This document shows, one piece after another, positions 24,871 to 40,035 of a DNA stretch of 64,000 nucleotides. Source of the DNA: Batkoa obscura. Taxonomy: Eukaryota. The position numbers and the translations under genes were made by a program. Location of the stretch: contig JASVEC010000010.1 in assembly GCA_030770535.1 (NCBI GenBank), forward strand, positions 1,054,001 through 1,118,000, read 5' to 3'. Each line of letters starts with the position of its first letter. Position 1 is the stretch's first letter. The notes under the pieces are model-generated. The model saw nothing but the letters and a program-made list of their open reading frames with translations. It did no database searches and was not told the DNA's origin.

Positions 24871-25362
24871 AATCTCAAATCTACAGTATTAATTCTTATT
24901 CCTCCTTTAATTAGTTGTAATTTAGTACACTTTTTATATCTACTATCAGTTTAGTCGATCAAAAATAAAATGATCTTTGCTTGCGATAGGATTAACAAAT
25001 CTAATTACTTTAACAGACTCAGAAATATCAGATAGATGGAAAGCCGATTGTATTTGTGGGTTAAAATTTCAAAATAAAGCTACTTGTTATTGTGGTATAA
25101 AAAGCCCTTCTGGAGGTAGAGCTGAAGGCACATGTTATTTTCAAAAACAATTCTGGAATTTCTTCTGAAAGTAGATATCAATTTGAACTTCGAATGTACC
25201 AAAAACAAAATGATACTTCAAAGGTATAGCTCACAAGGAAAAGGGTGAACTCCTCATGAATTTAAAACCAATTGTGTTATTGAAAATAAAAGAAGTATTA
25301 AAAGTTATTTAAAATCATCATTTAAAAGATACAAAGATAAATCCATTTGGATCAAGCTTTAA
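24871..25362 (+). pseudogene. Degenerate small Cys-rich (probably secreted) protein gene, copy 1
   Basis: Signal-like KSTVLILIPPLISC, then RWKADCICG..CYCGIKS..QFW and ENKRSIKSYLKSSFK, with stops/frameshifts; homologous to 46501-46870. Confidence 0.55.
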
Positions 25363-26749
25363 AAATTGAAAGCAAATAGAGAGTTTGATGTATATATTGA
25401 ATAAATATTTTACTATCTTTTAATTTTTTAATTTATAGTCTATTTATATTTTTGAAGCTCATGTTTTTTTAACTTTTATATGATTTTGTTGATGCTAAAT
25501 CCTAATTTTCTTTTTATAAAGTACTAAAATAGCTTTTGTAATATCAAATACAACAAAGGAAACTATAATCTTATAATCGATTTATAATAATATTAGAATC
25601 AATTGAATATATAAAATAGCGATATTTGATTTAATAATAGCTTAAAATGGAACAAACTCTGAAAAAGTAGGTGATTATAAAAGAATTAAACGTTATTAAC
25701 AGTTCCTAGGATAACAAAAGTAAGACTACGTTGACTCAATAATAGTTTTATCACATATCAATGTGACTTTTGGTCTTTTAATGCCGCTCTCTTCTTATAT
25801 TAAAATGGTAAGAATTGACTTAAGTTTCTATAATACCAACAGTTAGTTTTTTTAACTAGAGTATCTGTCAATACTTTGATCAAGTTTTTGGCCAGTAAAT
25901 CCATTTTAAATATTAGTAACTTTAATTTTTATATTAAAGATTAAGGACTGTTTTACATACAAATAGAAATAAGATTAAAATCGTAATAAATATAAACTAT
26001 GAAGGTTTTAGTATTCTTATTTAGTAAACAATTTGTTAAGAATTTAAGTCTGAAATTTTCAAGAACATTTTCTTAGCTTAATACCAGGATATTGAAATAT
26101 TAGGGAGAATAATTTTTTAATAAGATTATTATCATTTCTCTGTATTTCATTACATTAATGTCTATCCCATTTCTCTACTCAGTCCTATATTTCAAAAAAA
26201 ATAGCACAGAATTGACTATGTCTTTCACCAATCAAAACGGTTTAAACTTAACGCTGCCACTTAAATTTCATAGAATTAATATTTTCCCACTATAAATTGA
26301 CAATTTATCAATTTTTATAAAATTAGCTTTTTTTCCAACTTTTTCATTAAAGTTAAGGATTAATGGCATATGGTCAAACTCGCATTAGGTAGTAACATAC
26401 CTATTTGACAAAACTATATACTTGATTTGGGACAGAGTTGATGCTCCGGTGAGTACTGCTCTTGTAAAAAAACCCCTACCCACTAATTTTTAATAATTTA
26501 AAAACTACATTCTTGTTTAAATTTAACATTATTATTTCTATTGTTTAATAAATTAGAAATATAACAAGATTAATTAAAGAAAGAATTAATTACATAGTAT
26601 TGAATAAAAATATGACAGATCTTGGACAGATCTCAAAATCAAGATGGACTCAAAGTTTATTTTAAAATATTATTACTATTTGAATGATAAAAATAGAAAA
26701 AGATAACATGAAAAATTGGTAATAAGATACTTTTTTTATTGGATTTAAC

Positions 26750-27427
26750 TTAAAGATTTTGTTTAATACTATCCAGATATTTTTTTAATTCTTCTTGATC
26801 CGGTTGTTGAGCAGGCCATTGAATACCAAGTCCTTGCTCCATATCAGGTTTTGGAATAAGATGAAAATGGACGTGAGGGACAACCTAATAATAAAATAAT
26901 AAACATTTTGATTCAATTAAAGTTAAAAATAAAACTTACTTGATGTGCAATTTTACCATTATTCTAAATTAAAAAATTAATTTCATAAGTTGATAACTTA
27001 ATAAGCATTATAAAGTTACCTGTAAAATATTATAGAACTCAAAGTTGGAAGCTAAGGCTACTTTTTTGGCTAATGGTAATAAATCGGCTAAGTAATCATC
27101 GGGTAATTGATGCATAAATTCGGCATGATCTAAATTATAATTAATGAATTAATTAATTTTTATAACAAAAGTTCATTTTACACTTTGGTATAACTAACTA
27201 AATCAATGGATTAACAACTTAAAACAAGATTAGAATAAAAACAAAAACTTACAGCATGGCCTTTAGATAATGGACCAATATCTAAGAAAGCATAACTAAA
27301 ATTGAATAAGGAATCTAATAATTCAAATAGACTAACTGATTTCAACTTACCTCTTCTCGGATTCAATAATTTTATGAGATGGGATTTTACCCTCAATAAT
27401 TTTACAAAATATACAACTGGAGTCCAT
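26750..27427 (-). CDS. HNT1: HIT-family nucleotide hydrolase (Hnt1/HINT), 6 exons
   Basis: CIFCKII, AFLDIGPLSKGHA-LVIPK, NNGKIAHQ-VVPHVHFHLIPK histidine triad. Confidence 0.92.
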
Positions 27428-27687
27428 GATTTTTTTAACAATTTTAGAGCTCATAAATCAATTAAAAAAAATACCTAATAATTCATTCCTTACTTTTTAT
27501 TTTTTTTGCAACGTCATTAAAAATTATGCATTATTATCTACCAATGAATGAGTTGAGATATTAAGAACTTGGAATTTTAATTCAACTAAAATAAACGTGA
27601 TTCATAACAGGTCATCTAGACATTAATTTTTTATAGTATATAAACATTCATAAGTAAAATGAATGTGTTTGATATTGAATATTTCAA

Positions 27688-28757
27688 ATGAATGAACAAA
27701 AGAGAATGGTAATACCACAAAAATGCCATGATAAAATTAAATAATAATCCAATTTTATTAGAACCCATTAAAGTCATTAACAGCAGGTATGATAGCAGGC
27801 TCTATAGAAGCCACTATAACTTATCCCACAGAATATGTCAAAACACAATTACAATTACCTGGTAGTAATAAAGTAAGTTAATGATTAATTTCCATACTCT
27901 TCCAACTATAATTAATTAATAAAATTAGTTATTCACTGGTCCTATCGATTGTTTAAAAAAAACAATCACAGAAAAAGGGATACGAACTTTGTACTCTGGA
28001 TTAAGCCCTATGATTCTAGGAACAGCAGCTAAAGCAGGGATTCGATTTGTGGTTTATGATAGTATCAAAGATCAATTGAGAAATAAAAATGGTAGTCTAT
28101 CCTTCGGTAATACAGTGTTAGCTGGCTTAATGGCTGGATTATCAGAAGCGTTTTTAGTGGTCACACCGGCTGAAACTATTAAAACTAAATTGATTCAAGA
28201 TCAAAATAGTAAAATCAAACAATATAATGGAATGATTCATGGTAAATAATTGAATATTAATTTGTTTAAAGATAGTTTAATTTTATATTTATATTACATT
28301 TCATTAATTAATCATTTTAGGTGTTAAAAGTATTATTAAAAGTGAAGGTTTAATAGGAATTTATCGAGGAGTAGTGCCAGTAATGTTAAGACAAGGAAGT
28401 AATAGTGCAATAAGATTAACTAGTTATCAAATATTAAAAGATTATTGTTATAAACATTCCCTTGGTATATCCAAAGATGAAAAAAATTTAACAATAATAA
28501 CTACCTTTTTATTAGGCATGATAGCAGGTACCATTACTGTTTATACTACTATGCCGATTGATAATGTTAAAACTAAAATGCAAAGTAAAGAAGCTAGTTT
28601 AAGATATAAAAATTCATATCACTGTTTAATACAAACAGTGAAAGAAACAGGGGTACTTTCTTTATGGAATGGAGCTACTCCTAGACTAGGTAGACTATTA
28701 TTATCTGGTGGTATTGTGTTTTCAGTATATGAACAAGTTATTAAATTTTTAAATTAA
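27688..28757 (+). CDS. CTP1: Mitochondrial citrate/tricarboxylate carrier, 4 exons
   Basis: Three PX[DE]XXKT motifs ([32 protein letters not shown]); [23 protein letters not shown]. Confidence 0.88.
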
Positions 28758-28843
28758 TAAAAACAAATGAAATACAAAACATAAATAAAATAATATATTA
28801 ATAACAATACATATAATAAATATACTAATACAATATCTTTATT

Positions 28844-30041
28844 TCAATAATCCTCATTAGTCAAAAGATCTAAATGATTCATACCATATCTAAAAAATTG
28901 AAAAAGAATAATAGCATCCATAAATAAACCCATAACAGCCCCTAAGATCCAAGGTAAATTTAATTTCAAATATTGGGATTCCATAGAGTAACTAAAGATA
29001 GCAGCAAGATAAAACAAGTTACCTAAAATGGATATTAAAAACATAAAAAAAGATAAACCTTCAATTGATTTTCTTTGATAATTTTTATAAACTTGAGGTA
29101 ATCTACCAATTAAAAAGATTATTGAAGAAATCCACCCTAATGTTTGATACATGGGTATTAAAGGTAATTGAATTCTATTTATATTAATATTGAGTATTAA
29201 TATAAATAATAAAATAACAACTATTAAGTAAATTAATTTAGCATATTTGCTTTCATTTTCTGTTGGCAAAGGTTTAATTGGTGGATAAGAATAAGAGCTT
29301 TTAATTGATAATGGTCTTATTCTTTGCATAATACTGGACCTTTTACTTCTAATTGAATCTGTATATTGTTGATTATTATTATTATTAATTGAATGATAAC
29401 TTGTTTGTGACATATAAGATAATGGTCGATTATAAGATAATGGTCGACTACTTGAATCAATATAGCTACTTGTATTACCATAATAGTGAGGGTCATTTAA
29501 ACTATTATTATTATTATTATTATCAAAGTCTTGGTTATAATTAGCTAAATTAGCATTAGCTGGTAAGTCATTTTCTATTATAGGTTCATATTCTGGAAAT
29601 AAAATACTATTTCTATCACTTTCTTTAACCTTCCATTGAATATTAATATGATTATTACTATGATAATAATAAATTTGTAATAATAAGATGTTGCCTAATA
29701 TAGCTAAATAACCAGTAACTAATATCGTACTTAAAATCAAATCACCCCAGATGGCTCCAATACAACTTATTAAATTTCCTATATTAAGTTGTTAAATTTT
29801 AATATTAATATCAATTTATTTTCTTATTTACCTATCATACATAAAAATACATAAGCTGGAGATAAGGAAGACGCATTTTTTAATTTGTAGTTAGTATAGA
29901 TTTGACTATAAAAATTGAAAATTTATAAATTAAATGTTCAATATACTCAATAAATAATACTTACGGTGTCATTACAATAAACCAACAAAATAAACCAAAA
30001 TAACCAAATAAATCAGATAATTCTTTATTAGTCATTTGCAT
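28844..30041 (-). CDS. PQ-loop vacuolar amino-acid transporter (Ypq/PQLC2-like), 3 exons
   Basis: Two PQ loops (MTPQIYTNY split by an intron; GRLPQVYKNYQRKSIEGLS) and LPWILG. Confidence 0.85.
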
Positions 30042-30658
30042 TTTTACTATTATCTTTTATTTATTTATTTTTTATTAAAAAATACAAAACAAAATAATTT
30101 CTTTTATCAACTATTTATATTCTTTTTTCTTAAAAAATTCAATTTTCTTCCCTTTTATTTTGAACCCTTAGTATTCTACATACTATTAGCTAATTGGTCA
30201 TTGATTTGATCTTTTTTTCCGACAACTAATTCTAATAGTGAGTTTTAAACAAAGAATTGACAGTTATCATAATGATTGGAATTATTGCAAGTTAGGATAT
30301 TAAAAAACTTCATTTTAAGCCTCTTAAAATTATCTATTAATAGATTTTTTAAACTACAACATTCTATTATATTATATTCTATAATTAAATACAACTTATT
30401 TACTGTTAAAATCTATCGTTGTTGAAATAAAACTAGTTATTTTTAAACTATATATTGATTTGACAGCTATATAAAACTCTTTTAAATCATTATACTAAAT
30501 TTAAAAATAAACAAAACACCTAACAAATGATTTGAATATTAAATATTAAAATCCAGTCTTAATTATATAAATTAATGAATTTAAATAAAATTTTATTTAT
30601 CTTCAAAAAAAGCAACTTTAATTGTCATATTAAAACATTTGTCTTATCTATAGTGTAC

Positions 30659-33600
30659 TCAATATGCTACCAAAGTTCTCATATCTTCAATTTTTTTTAA
30701 TACTTCACTAACAGAGCAACCCAACTCTTCTGCAATCTCTTGTTTTTTATTCATATCTAATAATCCAAAAGTTTCACAAAGATCACCATCAATGACTGCT
30801 TTAACAGGAGCAAAAGAAGATCGATATGAGAGATGATCTCTACCCGCTAAAAGTGGTAATTGAATTCTTAAATGAAATTCCAAGGTTTGAAAAAACTCCA
30901 CATCATCTTTAGTTAAAAAAGGTATTAATGCTCCAATCCTTCCTAATAAAGTAGTATAAACTAAGATTGGATTGGCACCTCTTATTAATGATGTTTTTTC
31001 AATTGACATGGGTGCATCACCGATATGGAAATGACATAATCTTTCTAATTTATAAGTAGCTCCATTTAAGATACCTCGATTAGTTGGGGGTAATTTATGA
31101 TGATTTGATTTGGATTCGCCTTCCCCTTCAATTTCACTAACTACATCATTGGGTAATCGTGCTAAAAATATATTACCAAATTTATCACCTACAGCTACCG
31201 TATTATAATCTACATAACAAGTAGCGGATGTAAATGCAGGTAAAGTATCATCTGCAAATACCATTAATTGATTTTCTAATTGTGTATAAGCAGCAAAATG
31301 GATAGATTCTTGTACATCAGAAATAATAATTCTTTCTCCTTGAGAATGTAAATTTACAATAGTATTTGGTATCGCTTTTGTTTGACATTTACGTAATAAT
31401 TTCATTTTACCAAGATCATAAATTCTTAATAAGCGTCCAACACCAGCTAATAATCGTCCTTGAAATTGCAGTAAAGCCATTGGTATATCTTCTACTTGAG
31501 TACGATGAACTAAACTTAATTGTGTTCCAGTTTCATCAAATTTGTATAATCTAATATAAGCTGCTGAACAAGATCTAGGGGATAAGATGGATTCAACAGC
31601 TGTTCCTACAGCTACCATAATGTCTGAATATTGATTATGAAATTGAACTAAACAAATTGAAAATGCAGCTTCATTTTCATCCAATTCAATTTCTTGGGTA
31701 GTTTCACCTGTTAATGGATTTAAGATACGAATTTGACTTGCCCATCTACCAGGCATTGCTTTAGGTAAACCAAATTCCGTTGGGTCTAAAGAAAGTGCAT
31801 TATCTTCCCCTTCAGCTTCTATAACTCTTTTAATTTCAGATGGTGAAAATGTATTATTTTCAGTTTCAAGTACTACAAAATGGTTAGAATATGGATTTAA
31901 TATAACCCTTCTTGGGGTATATTTTAAAGGTATTGTATCCTGTTGAAATTGTTGATCTAATCGATCGAAATTGATAATTTTTAGTAGATCACCAGAAATA
32001 CCAACTATACCTTCAGGTATACTTTCTGTTGAAAAGGGAGCAGCAAATTCTAATGCATCTGTTTGTAATGGCATGGTATGTATTTTATTTTGAAAATGAT
32101 AACTTAACCATGGTCTCGAAGATAATGCCATAACTGCTGGCTGCTCATTAACAATAACTTGGAATAATTTCACTGGTTTACTACCCAAGAATCTTGTACG
32201 TGTGTCGCTTAAAGCTCCAGATACTTGATCCATTACTGTTCTTAACATGATACCATTTTGTAATCCAATATGAAGATAAAGTGTATAATTGGCATCTTTA
32301 CTACTCATTTCAATAGCACATAATGACAATGGTGTATCCGCCAAAGCTTGCATTGATAAAGCTTGCATAGGTGTATTAGGATCTAATGAAATGGTACGTA
32401 CTGTATGATCAGCACAGCCAACCATTGCATAAGGAAATCTCTTTCTATCCTTTTTAATATCTCCTAAACACATAGCGGTAATTTGGGATGACATCACCAT
32501 TCTTTCATTTAATTCAGATAACAAACCAGAATTATCAATTTCAAAATAAATCAATTCATTACCTGATAATGCTATTAATATTTGGCTTTTATTACCAACC
32601 GCGCTAATAATTAATTTATCTTTTGGTGGCTTCCATTCATTAACTCTATCATCCGATTGTATATGTCTAATTCCATTAGGATAAACTTGTACAATAGAAT
32701 TATTATTTAATTCTTGAATATGTATTGTTTGTGTATTTGTTAATATCCCTGAATCATTAACTTCCTCTGGATTTTCATTTAATGTTAATACCAATGTAGC
32801 ATTTGTAAATGAAGCTATATAAACTGGATTCTTTTTTAAATTGGCTGTCCAAACTGCAGTTGGTCTACCAGGTAATTGCATTTCACCAACGTCATTAACA
32901 AATAAACCATATTTTAATACTCTAAAACTAGATTGACTACCTTTACCACATAAAGTATAAAATTGAGGTGTATCATCATTAGTTAAATTCATAACTTTAC
33001 AATCAATAACTGGAGATATGGATTCAATTTCATCCGTTTGTTGTAAATTAACCAAAGCTCTAGGTTGGAAATAAACAGGCTCAATTTCTTCTTGTTCTAA
33101 ATAATTTAAACTTGAAAACTCTTCGTCATTTGCTTTTTCTCCTAAAGCAATAAATTGATATAAACCAAAATTACCCGATTCAGGTGATAATGCAATATAA
33201 CCTGATTTTAAAATAGAAAATCCGCTAGCTACTGGTAAAGTATCAAAATATTTAATTTTTAATTGATTGACTTCGCCATCTTTATGATCTAAAGTAACTT
33301 TATAAATATCTCCTTCTTCACTTTGTAATAAAATAAAAAAGGTATTTTTCATTTTATGTAAAGCACCACAAACAATCAATATACCACGATCATAATCAGC
33401 AATAGGTATTTTACGTCTAGGGATAGGTACTTTATGTTCTACACTACCTTGATGTAAGTAAGAAATAGAATTTTCACTACAGATAATAACACCAGAGGGA
33501 CCATCGTTACCACCTGGTACAGCCATTAAAAAATTAGCTCTAGGATCAATTGGTGTGGACCATTTTCTAACTACATGATTTAAACCTAAATCTAATTCAT

Positions 33601-34338
33601 AATAAGTTAATAATTTTTCAATATTATCTAAAGCGTCTGGATTGTTATCAGTATCTGCTTCTGTATAATCTAATTCAATAGCTGCAAATATAGGATTATC
33701 AAAAGAAACATCTAGTCCAACTAAAGAGTATAAAATAGTATTGGTACGATGGGCTTCTAAAGGACTTGAAATAGTTAAATTGGCTAGTGAATCTCGATTT
33801 AATACATAAACTAATTTTTGTTTTTCTATTGCGCCTAACATCACTGCTCTTCCCTTTGGATCACATGCAATATATTGACCTGGTACTACTCGACGTACAC
33901 CTGTTTTTCCAAAAGTTTCTTGATGTACTTTATTAAATACACATAGTTTTGGATCATATTCTAAAATGACTATACGTCCACTATCACCTCCAATGATGGC
34001 GTAATCTAAATTTTAAAAAATTAAAATGAATAAATAAATTAAATAAATAAAATGAATAAATTAAACAAATTAAAAGGATGAATATAATTAAACTTACCTT
34101 TATTGCCCCCCGTTAAACGAAAAGGTTGAATACAACGGATAATACCAAAGGTATGATAACTAGTATATAAAGTTTCAAATTTACCAGAGTCACTTAATAC
34201 TTTAATTAATTCTAAACGATCATGTTTAGCTATTAATATCTCTTGTTGTTTTAAACCTGAAAAGTTGCCAATACATTGACATATACTATGGGATGTAGGT
34301 GTCAATGTTAAATTATATAAATGCATTTCTTTAGGCAT
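30659..34338 (-). CDS. RSE1: Pre-mRNA splicing factor Rse1/SF3B3, 2 exons
   Basis: MHLYNLTL, PFRLTG, HQETFGKTGVRRVVPGQY, YYELDLGLNHVVRKWS, GRDHLSYRS, VIDGDLCE. Start may be 34326. Confidence 0.95.
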
Positions 34339-34551
34339 TTTTGGAAATGGATGAAAGGTTAAAAGATTGGAAAGGGACGATTTTTGGAATTTGTTGATAC
34401 TTTGCAATTTTTGAATGAGAAGTTCGATACTTTCTGCAAACTTTTAGATGGAAAAGTTCAAGACTTGGCATCACAAAAATTATTGGTGATGTGATATTTT
34501 TTAATTTTATTAATTTTATATATTTTATTCTATTAAATATAATCTTCAAAA

Positions 34552-35505
34552 ATGGACTTTATTATTGACAAGTGTTTCAACATATTATCATCCATAGATA
34601 TTCTACTTGCAAGTAATATAATAGTAATTTATTTACCTAATACGGTTACCATCAGCCTTAACTAACTCTCATTTTTTTAGTTAGCTAGCTTAACATCCAA
34701 CAATGATATGGGATCAATCTCTCTATTAATAAATAAAAGCTTGGAGAAAACACAAGATGAAGATGAGAGAGTGAAACTGATTGAAATGTTTCGAGAAAGT
34801 TTGGTAAAGATTTCAAGTGTTATCGGGATACCGAAGGTAAGAAGATTGAAGAGCTTTTAGTGATTTTTACTAACTATAATGATTTAACTAGTGTATCAAT
34901 GCCTCCAATGAAATTTTTAGATTAATACCAAAAGAAATTAGTGAAAGATTAAATAAAGAAGCAATTAGGTAAGATTATTTATATTAGTTAATTCTAATAT
35001 CATAGTTTATTAATCATGATTATAGAAAAAGAGATAATTTAGAAGATATTTATAAAAGAGGAGAAGAAACTTTTAATACTATTTATACAAAACAAGGTTA
35101 GTTTAATTACAGTAAATTTAAAATATTATCTGGCGACTATTTAAAGGTTTTTAGTATCAATAGATTAATATTTTTTACTTTAGCTGATAAAGTAAGAACT
35201 ATAATAAATCAAAGTAATCCTGATTTATTATTTCTTGTTAATGGTAATATTCAATAGAATTTTAGTTCACATGTGTTTATTTTATAATTTATTTAGAAAC
35301 TTATAGTAAAATTATTTCTGAATCTAAAATCCTAACGTTGGAGCAAACCGAACTAATAATGATAGCAGCACTCGTGCCGCAGCAAGTACCTAATCAGTTA
35401 AAAAGCCATTTATTAGGTTGTAAAAAATTAAATATTCATCAAAATACAATTGATTTATGTTTCAGTGTAACTAATTTAATTTATGAATATTTTAAAAATA
35501 AATAA
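34552..35505 (+). CDS. AhpD/carboxymuconolactone-decarboxylase-like protein (yeast Pxp2-like), ~6 exons, missed by the ORF track
   Basis: Spliced translation FRESLVKISSVIGIPK-CINA...RGEETFNTIY...LTLEQTELIMIAALVPQQVPNQLKSHLLG; GT-AG introns. Confidence 0.75.
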
Positions 35506-35653
35506 TTTAATAATGATTGTTATTGTGTGCATATTCAAGTAATTTTTATATTTATAGATTTGATAATAGTTTTTTTTATATAAACAAGAAGTAATTATCA
35601 AAAAAAAGAGAAGAGGAGAGAGAGAGACAAACTCAGATAAACTAAACCATTCA

Positions 35654-38600
35654 TTAAACAAACTTATCTCCTAATTCCTCCAACTTTTTTTTCTTTCTTA
35701 ACTCCCAAAACTTGACTATTTCCATAATAAAAAACAGAGATGATGTAAACCCAAGCAAATAGAATAAATCTTCCAAACCTATCGCTTCTGTTTGAAATAT
35801 CGTTTGAAAAAAAGGTAAATAAATCACTGCTAATTGGCCAATAATCGAAAATAAGATAGCTAACCAAAACATTCGATTGGTTGATTTTGGTGATGTGGAA
35901 TTACTGGATTTGGAAGTGATTAATTTTAATAACAAAGGATAGTTTAAATCTCGACAATTTAAAGCATTAAATAAATCAAATAATACAAAGGTAGTGAATG
36001 TCTATAAAGGGGATATATATATTAGCATATGTATATTATGTTGTTCTATTATTATTTACCATGGTTGTATCTCTCTTAGTAATAATACCATCTTCTAATT
36101 CTTTAGTATAAATATAAAGTGTACCTAAAAAAAATCCTATTAATTAAAAATCCTATTAAACTTTATTGTACTTTTCTACTCATTCTTCTATTAATTGTAT
36201 ATTACTCTATTCTATCCTATTATATTTCATAATAATATTAATAATAATTTTACCTATTAAAATAATCATAGCATGAATGATAATTCTTATAACGATCCTT
36301 TTATTAATTATTGTTGAGTCTTTTTTTCTTGGTTTTTGATATAATATTTCATCATTACTTGGTTCAACACCTAAAGATTGAGCGGGTGGTCCATCCATTA
36401 AAATATCTATTAATGAAAACAAAATAAATAAATATTAGATGTATAAATATAGGAGCAATATATATATTATTATATACTCATATGTATTACTATATTAATC
36501 TATTTCAATAAAATAAACTTACTAATCCACAGTATTTGCATTGGATTTAATGGATTTTCAAAGCCTAATAGTGTAGCTATTGAAATCAACGATAATGTAG
36601 CCATTGAAGTAGATAATTGAAATGTAATAAAATTTTGTATATTATTAAAGATTGTTTTTCCTATATATTCAATAGATTATTATTTCATGTAAATAACTTA
36701 GTTTATTAAATTATTACCTTCTTTAATAGCCAATAATAATACATTTAATTCATCATTTAAGATCAATAAATCAGCTGATTCTTTAGCTACATCTGTTCCA
36801 TTTTTAGCCATAGCTAAACCAATATCCGCCATTTTTAAGGCTGCTGCATCATTCACCCCATCCCCTGTCATACCTACTCTATATCCCAAGGATTGATATG
36901 ATTGGATAATTTTCATTTTATGATAAGGACTTGTCCTTGAAAATATTATACAATCTCTCATTTTAATTAAAAATTCTTCTTGATTCATATTATCAATGGA
37001 ATCCCCTGTTATGCAATCATTTGGGTTTCCTGTCATTGGTAAATGGATTTGTTGTCCTATACTTTTGGCTGTTTGTTCTATACAAATAATAAAAATTAAA
37101 ATTAGATTCTATTATTAATATTAATTCCATTTACCTGAATCCCCAGTAATCATAACTACCTTAACTCCTGCCATAATAAGTTCATTCATTGTATCTGATA
37201 AATTTAATCTAGGTGGATCCGATAATGCAATTAATCCCAATAATACTAAGTTATTCTCATCTTTTCCATAAGCCATAGTTAATACCCTTAGACCTTTCGA
37301 ACATAATTCATAATTTTTATTCAATAATTCATTTTTAATTGCTAGTGATATTAATCTCTCTCCATTATCGTAATAATACAAACATTTTTTTAAGGCTATT
37401 TCAATACTTCCTTTAAAATATGTTTGATTATTAGAATAACTTATTTGCATAAATTTATGATTTGAATGAAACGCTATTTCTGATGTTTTAGTAAGTTCCT
37501 AGTTTTATTATTATTATTATTTAATTAGTAAGCTACTTAATAATATTTACTTTTCTCATATCTTCTTTTTCCAAACTTAAATAAAAATTCATTAAAGCAA
37601 CATCCGTTGATTGACCCATCACCTTATTGTCTTCAGCAATAAAAGAATTATTGCATAAGCAAGCTAAAATAGTAAACATTAATAAAATTTCATCTTATTA
37701 CATATCTAAGCTGTTTACTTACCAATTTCCAACATCTTCTCTCCTAAAAAATTGTTTTCAATTTGAGAGAGCTGCATTTTATTCATTAAATCAATATTCG
37801 TTTCATTTTGAATAAAGTAAACATTAGTCCATTTCAATTGGTTTTCGGTTAATGTTCCAGTTTTATCCATACATAAAACATCCATACAACCTAATGTTTC
37901 AATGCATGCCATTTTTTTTATAATTACTTTGTGGTACGACATTCTCAACACTCCCAGGGCCAAAGTGACCATAACTACTACAGGTAAGCCTTCAGGTATA
38001 GCTGCTACGGCTAAACTCACTACATAAAAGGAAAAGGGGGTTATTGGATTTAGATAATATAGAAGTGGGTGATTTACCTGCTATATTAAACATATCTAAT
38101 ATTGGTCGACCTTGTATTAAACCAATTATGAATATAAAGGAAATAATTATTAATGAAATTAAACTCAATTGATGGCCTAATTTGTCCATATCTTGTTGTA
38201 ATGGAGTTTTACGTTGAGTCATCTAAATATAATATAGGTTATTATTGTATTACTATTATTTATTATTTATTATTTATCATTATTAATTTTATTAAACACT
38301 TACATCTTGCATCATTTCAACTACTTTACCGAATTGAGATTTTTTGGCATTGTTTATAACAATAGCTTTGGCATGACCTACAAACATATAGCTTATAAGT
38401 CTATAAGTGAATTGTATTATAATAATATTTACCATTGTTAATAATAGTACCCATAAATAACATATTATTTTGTTCATTAATTGAAATATTGATATTATCA
38501 ATTTTTTGATTATTTTTAATAATTGGCTCATTTTCACCAGTAAAAGTAGATTGATCCACTTCTAAATCAACACACTAAATAAAAATATTATAATAAATAT

Positions 38601-39328
38601 TATTACTACTATTAAATATTATACATGATTATAATTAATATTACCTCAATTATTCTTAAATCTGCTGGTACTTTATCACCACAATTTAGAATAATTATAT
38701 CTCCGGGTACTATTTCTCGAGTTAATAAAGTTTTTAAATGCCCTTCCCTGTCGAATAAAATCAAAGATAATTAGACAAAAATAAAATAAAATAAAATTAA
38801 TTACAATGTAAAATTTACTTACCTTAATACATTACAATAGCTTGGTGTTAATTTTTTTAATGCTGCTAAAGATTGCTCGGATTTATATTCTTGTATGAAA
38901 CCCACTATTTACATGGATAAATGGAATTAAATAAAACTCTTTTTTTAATTTCGCATTAACTAAATTCTATTTACCTGTAAAAACCAACACAATAGCCTAA
39001 TTAAAACAAAAAATAAATTAGTATGGATTTATTGAATTAGAACCACCGAATCCTCTCTTACCAAAGTAATGGAAACCGCATCCTCTTTGTTACCCATCAC
39101 TAAAGAAATAAAAGCAGAAACTAATAGTAATAAAATCATATGATTTTCTTTTAAATTATTGAATATCTTCATATATAAAGGCTCATCTTCTTCAGGTTCA
39201 AACTCATTATATCCATAAATTTGATAGTTTTTTTGTATTTGTTGATAAGTTAGGCCAACAGCTGGATCCACTGAAAAATAGATTAAAAGGTCGGGGATCG
39301 ACTGATTATAAGCAGTATCCATGCTCAA
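35654..39328 (-). CDS. PMR1: Golgi Ca2+/Mn2+ P-type ATPase (SPCA/Pmr1), ~15 exons
   Basis: [56 protein letters not shown]. Confidence 0.93.
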
Positions 39329-39781
39329 GATAGAAAGATAATGCAGACAAAGTATTGGACTTTAAAAGGACTCTTTCTTCTCTTAATTAAGTGAAATGAA
39401 TAATTTTGTTTTTTAAATATGCCATGTGTTTTGTCATGATTTTTAACTTTTATGAACTCATTGTCATTCTATTAACGTTGTTAGGATCTTTTCTTTATTT
39501 GGGAAATAGTATTCTCACTAGAAGACTTTTATTGGTGGTAAATTTTAGTCATTTTTTGGTTTAAGATTTAATTAAACTTTTAATTTAATTTTATTGAATA
39601 GTTATTAGTATAAAGTATCTAGTATAGAAATAGATATTAACTTAGGTAATATATAATAACGTAATTAAATTAATATTAATAAAGCCATATGATAATATGC
39701 AGATAAATTCGAAATAGTTTGAGATATTTTTATGTATTATAAAAAATTAAAATTTCATTTTAATAAGGCATTAATATACAT

Positions 39782-40035
39782 GGGGATGTTTTACCAATTG
39801 TTCTTTTTTACTATTTTTTAAATAGAACTTAATTGGCTGGTACATTATTTAAGTTTAGTTATGTATTAGTTAACTGTTTATTTTAAAATAAAAATTAAAT
39901 CAATAAGCCTCAAATTGCCATAATAAAATAAATAATTGGCTATAAGTTTTATCATTTGTCATCATACACTTCAACTTAAACAACTACATTGATTAATTAA
40001 TATTAATTTTTAAATAATAATTTAAAAACATTTCC
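39782..40035 (+). mobile_element. ~254-bp non-autonomous element (family B), copy 1
   Basis: GGGGATGTT...AACATTTCC termini like the MITE; flanks ACAT/ATAT; inverted copy at 45120-45374. Confidence 0.75.

Noticed and set aside
10328..34338. DDX42 and RSE1 as an SF3b gene cluster
   Set aside because: 18 kb apart with unrelated genes between; likely coincidence.
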